From Bdellovibrio sp. ZAP7 (GTDB lineage: Bacteria > Bdellovibrionota > FAC87 > UBA2466), in NCBI GenBank assembly GCA_945878405.1, contig CAMCTJ010000001.1:70304-134303 (forward strand): a stretch of 64,000 bases of DNA, in the 5' to 3' direction. A program made the position numbers and the translations under genes. Under the pieces are notes generated by a model, which saw only the letters and a program-made list of their open reading frames with translations, was not told where the DNA came from and made no database searches. Positions 8,454 to 19,262 of this stretch are shown piece after piece; the first letter of the stretch is position 1, and every line of letters starts with the position of its first letter.

Positions 8454-9287
8454 ATGGGCTTAAGAATTAACACTAACGAACTCAGCCTTGCGGCTCAACG
8501 CAATTTGGAACAAACCGAAAGGCGAATGCACTCCGTTGTGGAACGCCTCGCCAGCGGAAGCCGAATCACAAAGGCTTCTGACGATCCAGCCGGTCTATCA
8601 ATTTCTGACGCTTTAAATGCTCAAGTACGAAGCTTAGGCCAAGCCATTAGAAATGCCCAAGATGGTATTTCACTGGTCCAAGTGTACGAAGGTGGCACTA
8701 ACGAAATCAATAATATGTTGGTCCGCATGAGAGAGCTAGCCATGCAATCGGCCACAGATACTGTGGGCGATAGAGAGCGCTCCATGATCGATAACGAAGT
8801 CCAACAGTTGAAAATGGAAATTGATCGAGTAGCTAAGTCTACCAAATATGCTAGTCGAGAACTTCTTGCCGGTGAACAAGTCCGCCTTGATTTCCAAGTG
8901 GGCATCAACAATGAAGATAATGTAGATAGAATCACGTTTGACCCAGGAAACACTAATCTGACAGCCTCTGGGATTGACGTCGATGGAATCTCAGTTACCG
9001 ATAAGGATGGAGCCCAAGGTGCTCTTTCAGCAGTGGACGAAGCTTTGGTTAAAGTGAATGATATTCGCTCACGAATCGGAGCGATTCAAGGCCGTTTAAA
9101 TTCGACTCAGATCGCGCAGAGCATCTTCCAAGAAAACCTATCAGCTGCACGATCTCGAATTCGCGATGCTGATATCGCTCAGGAGAGCGCAAACTTGGCG
9201 AGAGAATCTATTTTGAGACAAGCTGGTGTATCAGTACTGACTCAAGCAAACCAAACACCCTACTTAGCACTCAATTTGCTGAAGTAA
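8454..9287 (+). CDS. fliC: flagellin (short, 277 aa)
   Basis: MGLRINTN, RLASGSRI..ASDDPAGL, SRIRDADIA, QANQ conserved termini. Confidence 0.97.
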   Translation: MGLRINTNELSLAAQRNLEQTERRMHSVVERLASGSRITKASDDPAGLSISDALNAQVRSLGQAIRNAQDGISLVQVYEGGTNEINNMLVRMRELAMQSATDTVGDRERSMIDNEVQQLKMEIDRVAKSTKYASRELLAGEQVRLDFQVGINNEDNVDRITFDPGNTNLTASGIDVDGISVTDKDGAQGALSAVDEALVKVNDIRSRIGAIQGRLNSTQIAQSIFQENLSAARSRIRDADIAQESANLARESILRQAGVSVLTQANQTPYLALNLLK

Positions 9288-9355
9288 CAAAAGGACTAAG
9301 GGCGGACCACCTGAGGGAAGAGCTGACACGGTTGGGCGTAGACTTTAATTAACCC

Positions 9356-10294
9356 GTGCTAAAATATTCTTTTATCCCCTCTCGGCCACTTATGACAATC
9401 GAACAACTTCCGCAACTAGCACAGTCAGGTGTTTATCTTATCTCAAGAGACAAAAAGGTTTCTGTCTCTCTTGAAGATTTTCTCGTAATCACTCTTCATT
9501 CACCTTCCAGTACTTCCACTGCCCTGATCTTACAAAGCGCTGGTGAACACCGCGCAGATTTTCTAAATCAGTTAGATAAGGTTTACGAAAAATATGCCTC
9601 GTTATCCGATGTCGATTCCAATCTTATTCAAGGTAAGGTTTTTGGAGCGGGCAATCGATTTTCATTACTATTAACTACCTTGCGTAGCTGGTTAAAAAGA
9701 AATCATATTCCGGTTGTGGCAAGTGACCTAGGTCGGGCCCTACCAGGTGAACTCGTTTTAGACGGCTCCTCCGGACGGATAGGAATTCAGTACAGGAAAA
9801 ATGATTGGGACCAGGGGGGATCTCTTCTCTCGACTGGAACGGCTCGAAATCGCTCTTACCAGAGTCCCTCATCACATCAGGTTTTGGTTTTATCTAAGAG
9901 TTCAGTGGTCAGGACGTTAGCTCAACAATCGATTGAGGAGGAAGCTCAATGGTCTGCGTCTTGCCCAGAATCCCTAGATGATACCACCCTCTCGACCTTA
10001 GCTAAAACCAAGTGGTCAGCCATTATCCTTTCAGATGAGTTAAAAACAGAAAATAAGATCATGAACACTCTGGTTAAATATTCCGAAGCTAATCCCAATG
10101 TACCCATGGCTTGGATTGGGGCAGAACTTCCGTCTTGGAAAAATGAAATCAGTCGACTTCGTCTTCTGCCTCCACTCGAACCTTTCTTGATTCCTCATTT
10201 CAAAAGAATCCTCAAGCAGAGCATGTTAGATTCGTCGATGTCCGAAACTTCTGAGACGCTAAACTTCTCTAAGCGAAAAAAATCCGGTTCTTAA
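9356..10294 (+). CDS. degenerate CheD-like domain plus degenerate receiver-like domain
   Basis: GKVFGAG...WLKRNHIPVVASDLG...SGRI resembles the CheD C-terminal half; start may be ATG 9392. Confidence 0.5.
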   Translation: MLKYSFIPSRPLMTIEQLPQLAQSGVYLISRDKKVSVSLEDFLVITLHSPSSTSTALILQSAGEHRADFLNQLDKVYEKYASLSDVDSNLIQGKVFGAGNRFSLLLTTLRSWLKRNHIPVVASDLGRALPGELVLDGSSGRIGIQYRKNDWDQGGSLLSTGTARNRSYQSPSSHQVLVLSKSSVVRTLAQQSIEEEAQWSASCPESLDDTTLSTLAKTKWSAIILSDELKTENKIMNTLVKYSEANPNVPMAWIGAELPSWKNEISRLRLLPPLEPFLIPHFKRILKQSMLDSSMSETSETLNFSKRKKSGS

Positions 10295-11361
10295 GCTGAT
10301 TGATCGAGAATTCTTTTCTCACTGGCTTCTCTAAGAACAATCGTTACCGTTTCTAATTTTCTATTCCTATAAAACTGAACCCGAACTGAGTCTCCCACTT
10401 TTTTTTCACTTAAAAAATCGCGGATATCTCGAAGAGAGCCTACAGCGACGTCATCTAGTTGAACGATAACATCTCCATCAATAGGGATTCGGTAAAACCC
10501 CACAATTAATTCTTTCGTGGCCGCCTTAAGGCCTGAACGATTTGCGGCTTCACCTTTCATTATTTGCGTCACCATGACGCCCGCCTCTTTTGGAATTTTT
10601 AAGTAAGCAAGAACTCTTTGATCCAATCCAACGCCATAGAGTCCCAGTTCTGGGCGGGTCACTCGACCAAATTGAATGAGTTGATCCACAATTTTCTTTA
10701 CCGTTTTCCCGTTAATGGCAAATCCAATCCCTTCGTTTCCCCCACTTTTTGAGACAATCTGAGCGTTGATACCAATTAATTTCCCAGCGCTATCGAGCAA
10801 AGGGCCGCCAGAGTTTCCCGGGTTAATAGCTGCGTCTGTTTGAATCACATCTTTTAAAAGTCCCTCAGAAGGAGTTCGAATGTCTCTTCCCAGCGAACTG
10901 ATAATGCCAACCGATAATGAACCACCTAAACCAAAGGGGTTACCGATAGCCAAAACTTTTTGTCCGACATTTAAGGAACCTAAGTTGTAATCAAGAACAC
11001 TCATCCGGGTGGGGGGGTTTATTTTTAAAACAGCTAAATCTGTACTGGGATCCGTCCCAACTACTTTGGCTGGCAAGGTTGTTTTGTCATGCAAAGTAAC
11101 TTCAACGTTTTGGGCGTCTCCGATGACATGATCGTTAGTAACGATATACCCATCACTTCGGATAATGGCCCCACTGCCCACCCCCCGTTGTGGAATAATG
11201 TCGAAAAAGAAATCTCGTCTCAAAGTGGTCGCTGTAATATTCACCACCGCGGAATGACATTTTTGATAAACTTCGATGTTATTTTTTTCATCCGTCGAAT
11301 TTCCAAAGGCCATGACTCCCGCAATGCTCACCCAAAAACTCAACTTTTTAAAAATCCTCAT
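10291..11361 (-). CDS. HtrA/DegP-family serine protease with one PDZ domain
   Basis: TNDHV, DLAVL, IQTDAAINPGNSGGPL; start moved to ATG 11361 (GAGG SD, signal-like N-terminus). Confidence 0.95.
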   Translation of the reverse strand: MRIFKKLSFWVSIAGVMAFGNSTDEKNNIEVYQKCHSAVVNITATTLRRDFFFDIIPQRGVGSGAIIRSDGYIVTNDHVIGDAQNVEVTLHDKTTLPAKVVGTDPSTDLAVLKINPPTRMSVLDYNLGSLNVGQKVLAIGNPFGLGGSLSVGIISSLGRDIRTPSEGLLKDVIQTDAAINPGNSGGPLLDSAGKLIGINAQIVSKSGGNEGIGFAINGKTVKKIVDQLIQFGRVTRPELGLYGVGLDQRVLAYLKIPKEAGVMVTQIMKGEAANRSGLKAATKELIVGFYRIPIDGDVIVQLDDVAVGSLRDIRDFLSEKKVGDSVRVQFYRNRKLETVTIVLREASEKRILDQSA

Positions 11362-11390
11362 TTTTTCCTCTGAATATGCTTTTGCTATGA

Positions 11391-11419
11391 TTGACACCCC
11401 TCAGACCACTTACTAGACT
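11391..11419 (+). promoter_or_regulatory. sigma70 promoter of the icd operon
   Basis: TTGACA-N17-TAGACT. Confidence 0.75.
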
Positions 11420-11466
11420 CCGGGGCGTAAATTTAAATTATTTTACTATTTTTCAAAGGTGTCCAT

Positions 11467-12690
11467 ATGGCTCAAATGGGTGAAAAAATTACTTTTAGTG
11501 GTAACCGAATAATTCAAGTTCCAGATTGCCCTATCATTCCTTTCATAGAGGGCGACGGAACGGGCCCCGATATTTGGAAAGCATCCCAGAAAGTATTTGA
11601 TGCTGCGGTGCAAAAAAGCTTCGGTGGCAAGAAGAAGATCGTATGGAAAGAAATTTTGGCCGGAGAAAAGGCTTTTAAGAACACAGGAAATTGGCTTCCT
11701 GAAGAAACCCTAGAAGCTATTAAAACCTATTCGGTAGCCATTAAAGGGCCTTTGACCACACCTGTCGGCGGAGGGATCCGTTCTCTCAACGTAGCTTTAC
11801 GGCAACTGCTCGATTTGTACTCATGCATTCGACCGGTTCGTTATTTTCAAGGTGTGCCTAGCCCAGTAAGAGAACCGGAAAAAGTTGATATGGTGATTTT
11901 CAGAGAAAACACAGAAGATGTTTATTCTGGCATCGAATGGAAGAGCGGAACTCCCGAAGCTAAGAAAGTTATTGATTTTTTGAATTCGGAAATGGGGACT
12001 AAGCTAAAAGCGACAGCTGGAATCGGTATTAAACCGATTACCCCTGAAGGTACAAAACGCCTGGTCCGAATGGCCGTCGAATATGCCCTAAAACGTGGTC
12101 GAAAGAGTGTAACCCTTGTCCATAAGGGTAACATTATGAAGTTCACGGAAGGAGCATTCAAAGAATGGGGATATGCCCTAACCAAGGAAGAATTTGCAAA
12201 AGAGACCATTACAGAAGATGACGTTTATAAGGATCATCAAGGTAAAACACCCGCTGGAAAACTTTTGATCAAAGATAGAATTGCGGACAATATGTTCCAA
12301 CAAGCTCTTCTTCGACCTGAAGAATATTCTGTTTTGGCGACTCCCAATCTTAACGGGGATTATCTGAGTGATTTACTAGCTGCTCAGGTTGGGGGACTCG
12401 GAATTGCCCCCGGAGCCAATGTGGGCGATCATGGTGCGGTATTTGAAGCTACTCACGGAACAGCCCCCAAATATGCTGGCCTAGACAAAGTTAATCCCGG
12501 GAGCGTCATCCTCAGTGGAGTGATGATGCTTGAGTATCTGGGTTGGGATGCTGCTGCAGACGCGATCACCAAAGCAATGGAAAAGACGATTACTCAAAAA
12601 GTTGTGACTTATGATTTTGCGCGATTGATGCCCGGAGCTAAAGAAGTCAAATGCTCAGAGTTTGCAGACGCGATCATCAGTAACCTTTAA
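11467..12690 (+). CDS. icd: NADP-dependent isocitrate dehydrogenase
   Basis: [48 protein letters not shown]. Confidence 0.97.
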   Translation: MAQMGEKITFSGNRIIQVPDCPIIPFIEGDGTGPDIWKASQKVFDAAVQKSFGGKKKIVWKEILAGEKAFKNTGNWLPEETLEAIKTYSVAIKGPLTTPVGGGIRSLNVALRQLLDLYSCIRPVRYFQGVPSPVREPEKVDMVIFRENTEDVYSGIEWKSGTPEAKKVIDFLNSEMGTKLKATAGIGIKPITPEGTKRLVRMAVEYALKRGRKSVTLVHKGNIMKFTEGAFKEWGYALTKEEFAKETITEDDVYKDHQGKTPAGKLLIKDRIADNMFQQALLRPEEYSVLATPNLNGDYLSDLLAAQVGGLGIAPGANVGDHGAVFEATHGTAPKYAGLDKVNPGSVILSGVMMLEYLGWDAAADAITKAMEKTITQKVVTYDFARLMPGAKEVKCSEFADAIISNL

Positions 12691-12707
12691 AAGAAAGTAG
12701 GTTCGTT

Positions 12708-13649
12708 ATGTTAAGAAGACCGAAAGTCTCCATTATTGGAGCAGGAAATGTCGGTGCAACTGCCGCTCATTGGATTGCTGCTAAGGAATTAGCCGACGTA
12801 GTGCTTGTCGATGTCGCCGAAGGAATTCCGCAAGGAAAAGCGCTAGACCTTCTTCAGTCAGGTCCTGTGGAAGATTTTGACGTGAAAGTCATCGGAACGA
12901 ATGATTATGGTCCTACTGAGAACTCTGACGTAGTGGTGATTACAGCGGGTCTTCCTAGAAAACCGGGAATGTCTCGAGATGACCTTCTTAAGATCAACGC
13001 TAATATTGTGACGCAGGTCACTCAGCAAGTTTGCAAATACTCTCCTAATGCAATTTTAATCGTGGTGTCGAATCCTCTCGATGCGATGGCTTATGTTGCG
13101 AAAAAAGTATCGGGTTTCCCCCGTAATCGAGTCATTGGAATGGCTGGGGTTTTGGACTCAGCTCGCTTCTGCACTTTCGTTGCTGAAGCTGCTGGTGTGA
13201 GCGTCGAGGATGTTCATGGTTTTGTTTATGGTGGGCATGGTGACACCATGGTGCCAATGACAAGGTTCTGTTCCGTTGCGGGTGTTCCCTTGGATAAGTT
13301 CTTAAGCCAGGAAAAAATTGCACAGATCGTAGACAGGGCTAAGAACGGCGGAATTGAAATTGTTAACTACCTCAAAACAGGTTCTGCTTACTACGCTCCT
13401 TCCGCATCAGCAGTCCAGATGGTTGAAGCCATCATTAAGGATAAGAAGAGAATTCTTCCCTGTGCTGTCTGGTTAGAAGGGGAATATGGAATTTCTAATC
13501 TCTTCGTTGGAGTTTTGGCAAAGCTGGGCGCTAACGGAATGGAAAAAGTAATCGAGTTAGATTTGAACGAGACGGAAAAGGCTGGTCTTCATAAGTCAGC
13601 TGAAGCCGTTAAATCCCTAGTGAACGTTTTGGAAGGATCCGCTTCATGA
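12708..13649 (+). CDS. mdh: malate dehydrogenase
   Basis: [32 protein letters not shown]. Confidence 0.96.
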   Translation: MLRRPKVSIIGAGNVGATAAHWIAAKELADVVLVDVAEGIPQGKALDLLQSGPVEDFDVKVIGTNDYGPTENSDVVVITAGLPRKPGMSRDDLLKINANIVTQVTQQVCKYSPNAILIVVSNPLDAMAYVAKKVSGFPRNRVIGMAGVLDSARFCTFVAEAAGVSVEDVHGFVYGGHGDTMVPMTRFCSVAGVPLDKFLSQEKIAQIVDRAKNGGIEIVNYLKTGSAYYAPSASAVQMVEAIIKDKKRILPCAVWLEGEYGISNLFVGVLAKLGANGMEKVIELDLNETEKAGLHKSAEAVKSLVNVLEGSAS

Positions 13650-14815
13650 AAATTCACGAATATCAGGCAAAAGAACTGTTCAGAAAATATCAGATCCCTG
13701 TTCCTAATGGAAAAGCTGCGTTTTCTGTAGACGAAGCAATAGCTGTCGCAAAATCACTCTCGGAAAAAGGTCCTTGGGTAGTAAAAGCCCAGATCCACGC
13801 TGGTGGCAGAGGCAAAGGTGGCGGCGTTAAAGTAGCAAAGACAATGGATGAGGTAACCCAATACGCAAAAAGTATTTTGGGAATGAACCTCGTTACCATC
13901 CAAACCGGTCCCGAAGGCAAAGTAGTTCAGCGACTATTGGTTGAGGACGGAGCTCAAATTGCTAAAGAATATTATGTAGCAATTACTTTAGATCGTGCCG
14001 TCTCCAGACTTTGTATCATGGCCAGTCCTGAAGGGGGCATGGACATCGAGGAGGTTGCCGCTAAAACCCCAGAACGCATTTTTAAACAATGGGTTCATCC
14101 CACACTCGGCCTAAGAGATTTTCAAACAAGAACTCTCGCGAGCCAAATGGGATTCACTGGACCTGCAGCAAAGCAGTTTCAGGACATTCTGAAAAAGCTC
14201 GTTCGTCTGTACATGGAAAATGATGGAACGTTAGTTGAAGTCAATCCTTTGATTCAAAGCAAAGATGGCAGTCTCATGGCTTTGGATGCGAAAGTAGATT
14301 TTGATGAAAACGGCATGTTCCGACACCCTTCTTTTCAAGAACTTCGAGATCTCAATGAAGAAGATCCCAGTGAGACAGCAGCCAAAAAATTTGATCTGAG
14401 TTACATCTCATTGGATGGAAATATCGGATGCATGGTAAATGGCGCGGGTCTTGCGATGGCCACCATGGATATCATAAAGTTAGAAGGCGGAAGCCCAGCT
14501 AACTTCCTCGATGTCGGTGGGGGAGCCACAGAAGAAAAAGTGAAGGAAGCCTTTAAGATCATCCTCCAAGACTCCAAGGTAAAAGCAATCTTGGTGAATA
14601 TCTTCGGCGGAATTATGAAATGTGATGTGATTGCTAAAGGAATCATGGGAGCTGCTCGAGAGCTTAAGCTAACTGTTCCACTCGTTGTTCGCCTTGAAGG
14701 AACAAACGTTCAGCAAGGAAAAGAACTGCTCGAAAAATCAGGACTCAAAATCATCACAGCAACCGGAATGAAAGAAGCGGCTCAAAAAGCAGTCGCAGCT
14801 GCGGAGGCTCACTAA
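13646..14815 (+). CDS. sucC: succinyl-CoA synthetase beta subunit
   Basis: [40 protein letters not shown]. Confidence 0.97.
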   Translation: MKIHEYQAKELFRKYQIPVPNGKAAFSVDEAIAVAKSLSEKGPWVVKAQIHAGGRGKGGGVKVAKTMDEVTQYAKSILGMNLVTIQTGPEGKVVQRLLVEDGAQIAKEYYVAITLDRAVSRLCIMASPEGGMDIEEVAAKTPERIFKQWVHPTLGLRDFQTRTLASQMGFTGPAAKQFQDILKKLVRLYMENDGTLVEVNPLIQSKDGSLMALDAKVDFDENGMFRHPSFQELRDLNEEDPSETAAKKFDLSYISLDGNIGCMVNGAGLAMATMDIIKLEGGSPANFLDVGGGATEEKVKEAFKIILQDSKVKAILVNIFGGIMKCDVIAKGIMGAARELKLTVPLVVRLEGTNVQQGKELLEKSGLKIITATGMKEAAQKAVAAAEAH

Positions 14816-15690
14816 TGGCCATTTACGTTGATAAAAATACTCGTTTATTAGTTCAAGGAATCACGGGACAGGCAGGCGCCTTTCATACAAAGGCGTGCAA
14901 GGAATACGGGACCCAAGTAGTTGGCGGCGTCACACCTGGAAAAGGTGGAGAAACGTTTGAGGGTACTCCTATCTTCAACTCAGTAAAGGAAGCGATTAAA
15001 AACACTGGGGCTAACGCCACTATGATTTATGTTCCCGCTGCTTTTGCTGCTGACGCTATTGTGGAAGCTGCAGATGCCGGAATTCAGACGATAGTCTGTA
15101 TTACGGAAGGTATTCCGCCTCTGGATATGATTGCAGTAAAAGAATACTTAAAGACCACTGACAGCGTTTTGATTGGTCCCAACTGCCCTGGAGTTATCAC
15201 TCCCGGACAATGCAAAATTGGAATTATGCCCGGATATATCCACAAACCTGGAAACATTGGCGTAGTTTCCAGAAGCGGTACATTGACCTATGAGGCGGTT
15301 CACCAGCTGACTCAAAGAGGGATTGGTCAATCTACGTGTGTGGGAATAGGCGGAGATCCTGTTCAGGGAGAAGCTTTTATCGATGTTCTGAAGAGATTCA
15401 ATCAGGATCCCGAAACTCATGCGGTAATTATGATTGGGGAGATTGGCGGCTCCGCCGAAGAGGCGGCAGCTGATTGGATTAAGTCGCATATGAAAAAGCC
15501 AGTCGTTGGTTTTATCGGTGGCCAGACTGCTCCCCCTGGAAAACGTATGGGTCACGCTGGAGCGATCATCAGTGGTGGTAGTGGAAAAGCTTCAGATAAA
15601 ATCGCGGCTTTAGAAAAAGCTGGAGTCTTAGTAAGTCTGAGCCCTGCGTCTCTTGGTGAGACCATGGAAAGAGCTTTAAAAAATAGATAG
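14815..15690 (+). CDS. sucD: succinyl-CoA synthetase alpha subunit
   Basis: [27 protein letters not shown]. Confidence 0.97.
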   Translation: MAIYVDKNTRLLVQGITGQAGAFHTKACKEYGTQVVGGVTPGKGGETFEGTPIFNSVKEAIKNTGANATMIYVPAAFAADAIVEAADAGIQTIVCITEGIPPLDMIAVKEYLKTTDSVLIGPNCPGVITPGQCKIGIMPGYIHKPGNIGVVSRSGTLTYEAVHQLTQRGIGQSTCVGIGGDPVQGEAFIDVLKRFNQDPETHAVIMIGEIGGSAEEAAADWIKSHMKKPVVGFIGGQTAPPGKRMGHAGAIISGGSGKASDKIAALEKAGVLVSLSPASLGETMERALKNR

Positions 15691-15700
15691 GAGTAATCAC

Positions 15701-16099
15701 ATGGAAAGAACCTTAGGAATTATTAAACCTAACTCTGTTAACAATAATCACGTTGGTAAGATTTTGGCCATCGGCGAAGAAGCTGGCCTGAAGATTGTTG
15801 AAATGAAGATGAAAAAGCTTACCAAAGAAGAAGCTGGTGGCTTTTATGCTGAACATAAAGAGCGTCCATTTTATCAGAGCTTAGTGAATTTCATGACCAG
15901 TGGACCAGTAGTACTTCTTGTTTGGGAAGGAAACGGAGCTGTTGAGAAATGGAGACAGGTAATGGGAGCTACGGACCCCGCAAAAGCCGCTCCTGGAACC
16001 ATTCGAAAGTTGTTTGCAGATAGCATCGAAGCAAACAGCGTTCATGGCTCGGACAGCGCTGCTTCTGCTAACAGAGAAACTGAGTTCTTCTTTCACTAA
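15701..16099 (+). CDS. ndk: nucleoside diphosphate kinase
   Basis: [18 protein letters not shown]. Confidence 0.96.
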   Translation: MERTLGIIKPNSVNNNHVGKILAIGEEAGLKIVEMKMKKLTKEEAGGFYAEHKERPFYQSLVNFMTSGPVVLLVWEGNGAVEKWRQVMGATDPAKAAPGTIRKLFADSIEANSVHGSDSAASANRETEFFFH

Positions 16100-17682
16100 G
16101 CAACTTTTTTTCCCTTTTTTCTGCTCAACTCTTGAAATTGGGTCATTGCTCGCTCGAAGTGTGTCCGCTCCAACGGAAGACGGAGATTTCCGTCAATGGT
16201 GGAGTTTTCTCGATTGATGGGAAGGAGATTTTCGGGCGATGCACAGGCAAAAATGGGGATGTTCTGCATTTGAAGATCATGTTTGAGTATCTTTGCGGCA
16301 TTTTCGTCACTGAGCTTATTAAGATTAGAACCAACTAAAATAACTTGGGGTTGATGAAAGTGGGCCATTGTGACCATCTCAATGCCATCTTTTGCAAAGA
16401 CTGGCTCAAAGCCCCAGCGAGTGACAACGTCGCTTAGACTCTGCAATTGATCCTTGCCTGCGTCCACCAACAATATTTTTGAAGTCTTCTTTGTTCCTTT
16501 TTCCTGTCGTTTTGTTTCACTGAGCACGTGAGGGAAAAGAACAAAGAAGGTCGACCCTTCTCCCTCAACACTTTTCACCCACAGGTTTCCGTCGTGAAGA
16601 TGGGAGATCTGTTTAGCCACACTCAAACCAAGGCCACGTCCTTCCACCCGGCTGTAATCTTTAATTTGGCTAAATCGATTGAATATCTTTTGAACTTCAG
16701 CTTCCGGGATTCCCCTACCCTCATCGCGAACTCCCACAATAAGCATGGGATAAGGAGGATCTGCTTTTCTTCTCCCTTTGAAGCTGAGAACAGAAAGATA
16801 GATTCGCTTTCCAGGATCTGTAAACTTTATGGCATTCACTAATAAGTTTTGGAACAACTGATGGATTCTATCGGGATCGATGAGGACTTTCCAATTTGAG
16901 AGCGGATTGTCATATCTGAGCTCGATGTTTTTTTGTTTGGCTTGGAAAGCGTAATCCTGATGAAGATTTTTCAGGAACTTATCTAAATCAACCATCTGGT
17001 ACTCAGGTTTCAGGCCTTGCTCATAGGCCATTACATCCAGAAGATCATTTACCAGACGAATTCCGTGTTCCGCTTGGCGTTTTGATCGATCCACTAGCTC
17101 TGTTTGAGTAGGGTTTAACTGATTGGTCTCTGAAAGCAGCAAAGACAAACTGGAATGGATCAACCCTAAGGGCGATCGTAAATCGTGGGCACAAACACTT
17201 AAGAACTCCTCTCGTTGAGAAAGAACCGTCTCAGCTCTTGCCTCTTTCATCAAGAGCTCTCTTACTTGCCGTTTGAGTTCAGATTTCTGATAAACACGGA
17301 GAGACCGGAGCTCTAGTCGAAGCCCAAGGTCCTCGGTGTTATCCCGAATGCAAATCATTTCATCCAAACCAGAGCCTTCAAGGGTACCGAGCTGATCTTC
17401 CGTGGGTTTGTCATAAACCCACGTGTTCACTCGGCTTGGATTGCCAGGCAAAAGCCCCATCACTTCTAAAATTTTTCGAACCCATCGCAGGTCTGGCTCA
17501 CTGAAGAAAATATATTTTTGGTCTTGGGGAACGTGTTGGTTCAACCAATCAAAGGTAGGAATTTCATCGGGTACGTTGAGAGAGGTGACTTGATGTTCTG
17601 ATTTTTCTAATTTTGAAACGAACTCGGCAAAAGGAGGAGCAAGCGGACTGGTTCCCCTAATAATCCATAGAATCGACGCCAT
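16096..17682 (-). CDS. cytoplasmic hybrid histidine kinase with C-terminal pseudo-receiver
   Basis: AHDLRSPL H-box, [20 protein letters not shown]; receiver reads QVILVG where the acceptor Asp is expected. Confidence 0.88.
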   Translation of the reverse strand: MASILWIIRGTSPLAPPFAEFVSKLEKSEHQVTSLNVPDEIPTFDWLNQHVPQDQKYIFFSEPDLRWVRKILEVMGLLPGNPSRVNTWVYDKPTEDQLGTLEGSGLDEMICIRDNTEDLGLRLELRSLRVYQKSELKRQVRELLMKEARAETVLSQREEFLSVCAHDLRSPLGLIHSSLSLLLSETNQLNPTQTELVDRSKRQAEHGIRLVNDLLDVMAYEQGLKPEYQMVDLDKFLKNLHQDYAFQAKQKNIELRYDNPLSNWKVLIDPDRIHQLFQNLLVNAIKFTDPGKRIYLSVLSFKGRRKADPPYPMLIVGVRDEGRGIPEAEVQKIFNRFSQIKDYSRVEGRGLGLSVAKQISHLHDGNLWVKSVEGEGSTFFVLFPHVLSETKRQEKGTKKTSKILLVDAGKDQLQSLSDVVTRWGFEPVFAKDGIEMVTMAHFHQPQVILVGSNLNKLSDENAAKILKHDLQMQNIPIFACASPENLLPINRENSTIDGNLRLPLERTHFERAMTQFQELSRKKGKKVA

Positions 17683-17744
17683 CTTTCCCCCAAGGATGAA
17701 ATTCCTTAATAAGGATCGGAAAAAAGTGGGAACTTCTTGATGGA

Positions 17745-18329
17745 TTAAGGTGCTTTGTGAAGAAATGTTTTCTTAAGGCGGGCTAGATTTTCCTGATGCC
17801 GAAACACCATTATAACGCACAAAGTCACAATCATGATTCCTATGGCGTTTCCGGGCCATCGGAAAATCAAATAGAGAATGCAACTAACAACCCCGGCCAA
17901 TGAACCAACCGCACTGATGCGGCTTAACTTAAGAAAAACTAAGTAAACAAGGCCTCCTATGAGTGCACAATTGGGATCTACGACCAAAATACACCCCAGA
18001 CTAGTTGCTACTCCCTTTCCGCCTTTAAATCCTAAAAAAACGCTGAAACAATGCCCCAAGACAAGAGCAATTCCCATAAGGCAAATAAGCCAAGGCAACT
18101 CTGGGTACAAAGCACGAATCCCCCAGAGTGGGAGTGCCCCTTTTCCCAGATCAATTAAAAACACGAGGATTCCCGCATACCAACCAAAAATCCGCCTTAC
18201 ATTAGTGGCTCCAATATTTCCACTTCCCATATCACGGACATCTAACCCGTACTTTCTTTTGGAAATAAAGACACCGGTTGGAAAACTGCCAACGAGGTAG
18301 GCCAATAAAATAACCACTAGGTATGTCAT
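17745..18329 (-). CDS. plsY: acyl-phosphate:glycerol-3-phosphate acyltransferase
   Basis: GSGNIGATN, GHCFS..FKGGKGVAT, RHQENL.RL; start moved to ATG 18329. Confidence 0.95.
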   Translation of the reverse strand: MTYLVVILLAYLVGSFPTGVFISKRKYGLDVRDMGSGNIGATNVRRIFGWYAGILVFLIDLGKGALPLWGIRALYPELPWLICLMGIALVLGHCFSVFLGFKGGKGVATSLGCILVVDPNCALIGGLVYLVFLKLSRISAVGSLAGVVSCILYLIFRWPGNAIGIMIVTLCVIMVFRHQENLARLKKTFLHKAP

Positions 18330-18416
18330 CTGAGCCGTTAATCTACGTTGCTTTCCTTTGATTTCCAACTTTTCAAATGGCTCTAACTGTGGAAGGTTTG
18401 GGACTTCGATTTTAAG

Positions 18417-18493
18417 GGGCGGTTAGCTCAGCTGGATAGAGCACATGGCTTCGAACCATGGGGTCAGGAGTTCGAATCTCTTACCGCCCACCA
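18417..18493 (+). tRNA. tRNA-Arg (anticodon TCG)
   Basis: GGGCGGT/ACCGCCC acceptor stem, CATGG-CTTCGAA-CCATG anticodon arm, TTCGAAT T-loop, encoded CCA. Confidence 0.95.
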
Positions 18494-18501
18494 TTTTTGT
18501 C

Positions 18502-18969
18502 ATGTCGAAAGAATTATCACTTCAAGAAAAATACTCACCTCAAGGAACTTGTTTTGGGTGCGGGCCTGCAAACCCGAAGGGGCTTCATGTTCGAAGTTTT
18601 CCCGAAGGAGAAAAAGTCGTGGCCGAATGGAAAGCCGAAACCATGCACGAGGCTTTTCCCGGGATAGTCAATGGCGGCATTATTGGGGCGCTTTTGGATT
18701 GCCATTCAAATTGGACTGCTGCTTACACTCTCATGAAAACTCAAGGACTCTCCGCTCCTCCTTGTACGGTAACCGCTGAATTTTCAGTTAAGCTGCACCG
18801 CCCCACTCCTAGCCAACAAGTGATGCGTTTAGAAGCGCGAGCAATCGAAGTAAAAGAAGATTCGGTAATCACTCACGCCGAACTCATCGTGAATGGAAAA
18901 GTTTGCGCTTCGTGCCGAGGAACTTTCGTAGCAGTTAAACCAGGACACCCCGCTTATCATCGTTGGTAG
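18502..18969 (+). CDS. PaaI/hotdog-fold thioesterase
   Basis: CFGCGPANPKGL, NGGIIGALLDCH; start moved to ATG 18502 because the track start lies inside the tRNA. Confidence 0.88.
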   Translation: MSKELSLQEKYSPQGTCFGCGPANPKGLHVRSFPEGEKVVAEWKAETMHEAFPGIVNGGIIGALLDCHSNWTAAYTLMKTQGLSAPPCTVTAEFSVKLHRPTPSQQVMRLEARAIEVKEDSVITHAELIVNGKVCASCRGTFVAVKPGHPAYHRW

Positions 18970-19003
18970 CCATAAATCTAGCACGATGAGTCGCATAGAT
19001 TCT

Positions 19004-19031
19004 TTGACAGTAACATACATTACATTATCCT
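19004..19031 (+). promoter_or_regulatory. sigma70 promoter pointing into a non-coding interval
   Basis: TTGACA-N16-TATCCT. Confidence 0.6.
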
Positions 19032-19037
19032 ATATCT

Positions 19038-19260
19038 GTACAAAGCATCGATTGAATCAATCGGCTGTTTGAAAATTTGAAGGTTTGGGATCACGAACTA
19101 CATCTAGATACTTCAGCTTTTGAGTGGTCCCAGTTTTTCCTGGTTTCTGTTTTCATCAAGTTTTCATCTTGAAAAAACATCTTAGAAATCATCCGAGTTA
19201 AAACAGGAAATAGGAACACAAGCGGGAGCTTCTGCACGGAAGACTCCCGCTTGTTTGTTT
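19038..19260 (+). ncRNA. candidate structured small RNA (~220 nt, ends approximate)
   Basis: Promoter upstream, no ATG on + strand, three stem-loops, then intrinsic terminator. Confidence 0.45.
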
Positions 19261-19262
19261 TT
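19218..19262 (+). terminator. intrinsic terminator, possibly bidirectional (convergent with dam-like gene)
   Basis: ACAAGCGGGAG...CTCCCGCTTGT stem followed by T-rich tract. Confidence 0.8.

Noticed and set aside
18445..18501. N-terminal extension of the PaaI ORF
   Set aside because: Lies inside the tRNA-Arg gene.
19091..19192. 33-aa minus-strand ORF (MISKMFFQDEN...)
   Set aside because: No SD, lies downstream of the terminator on that strand, and the clear promoter points the other way; cannot be fully excluded.
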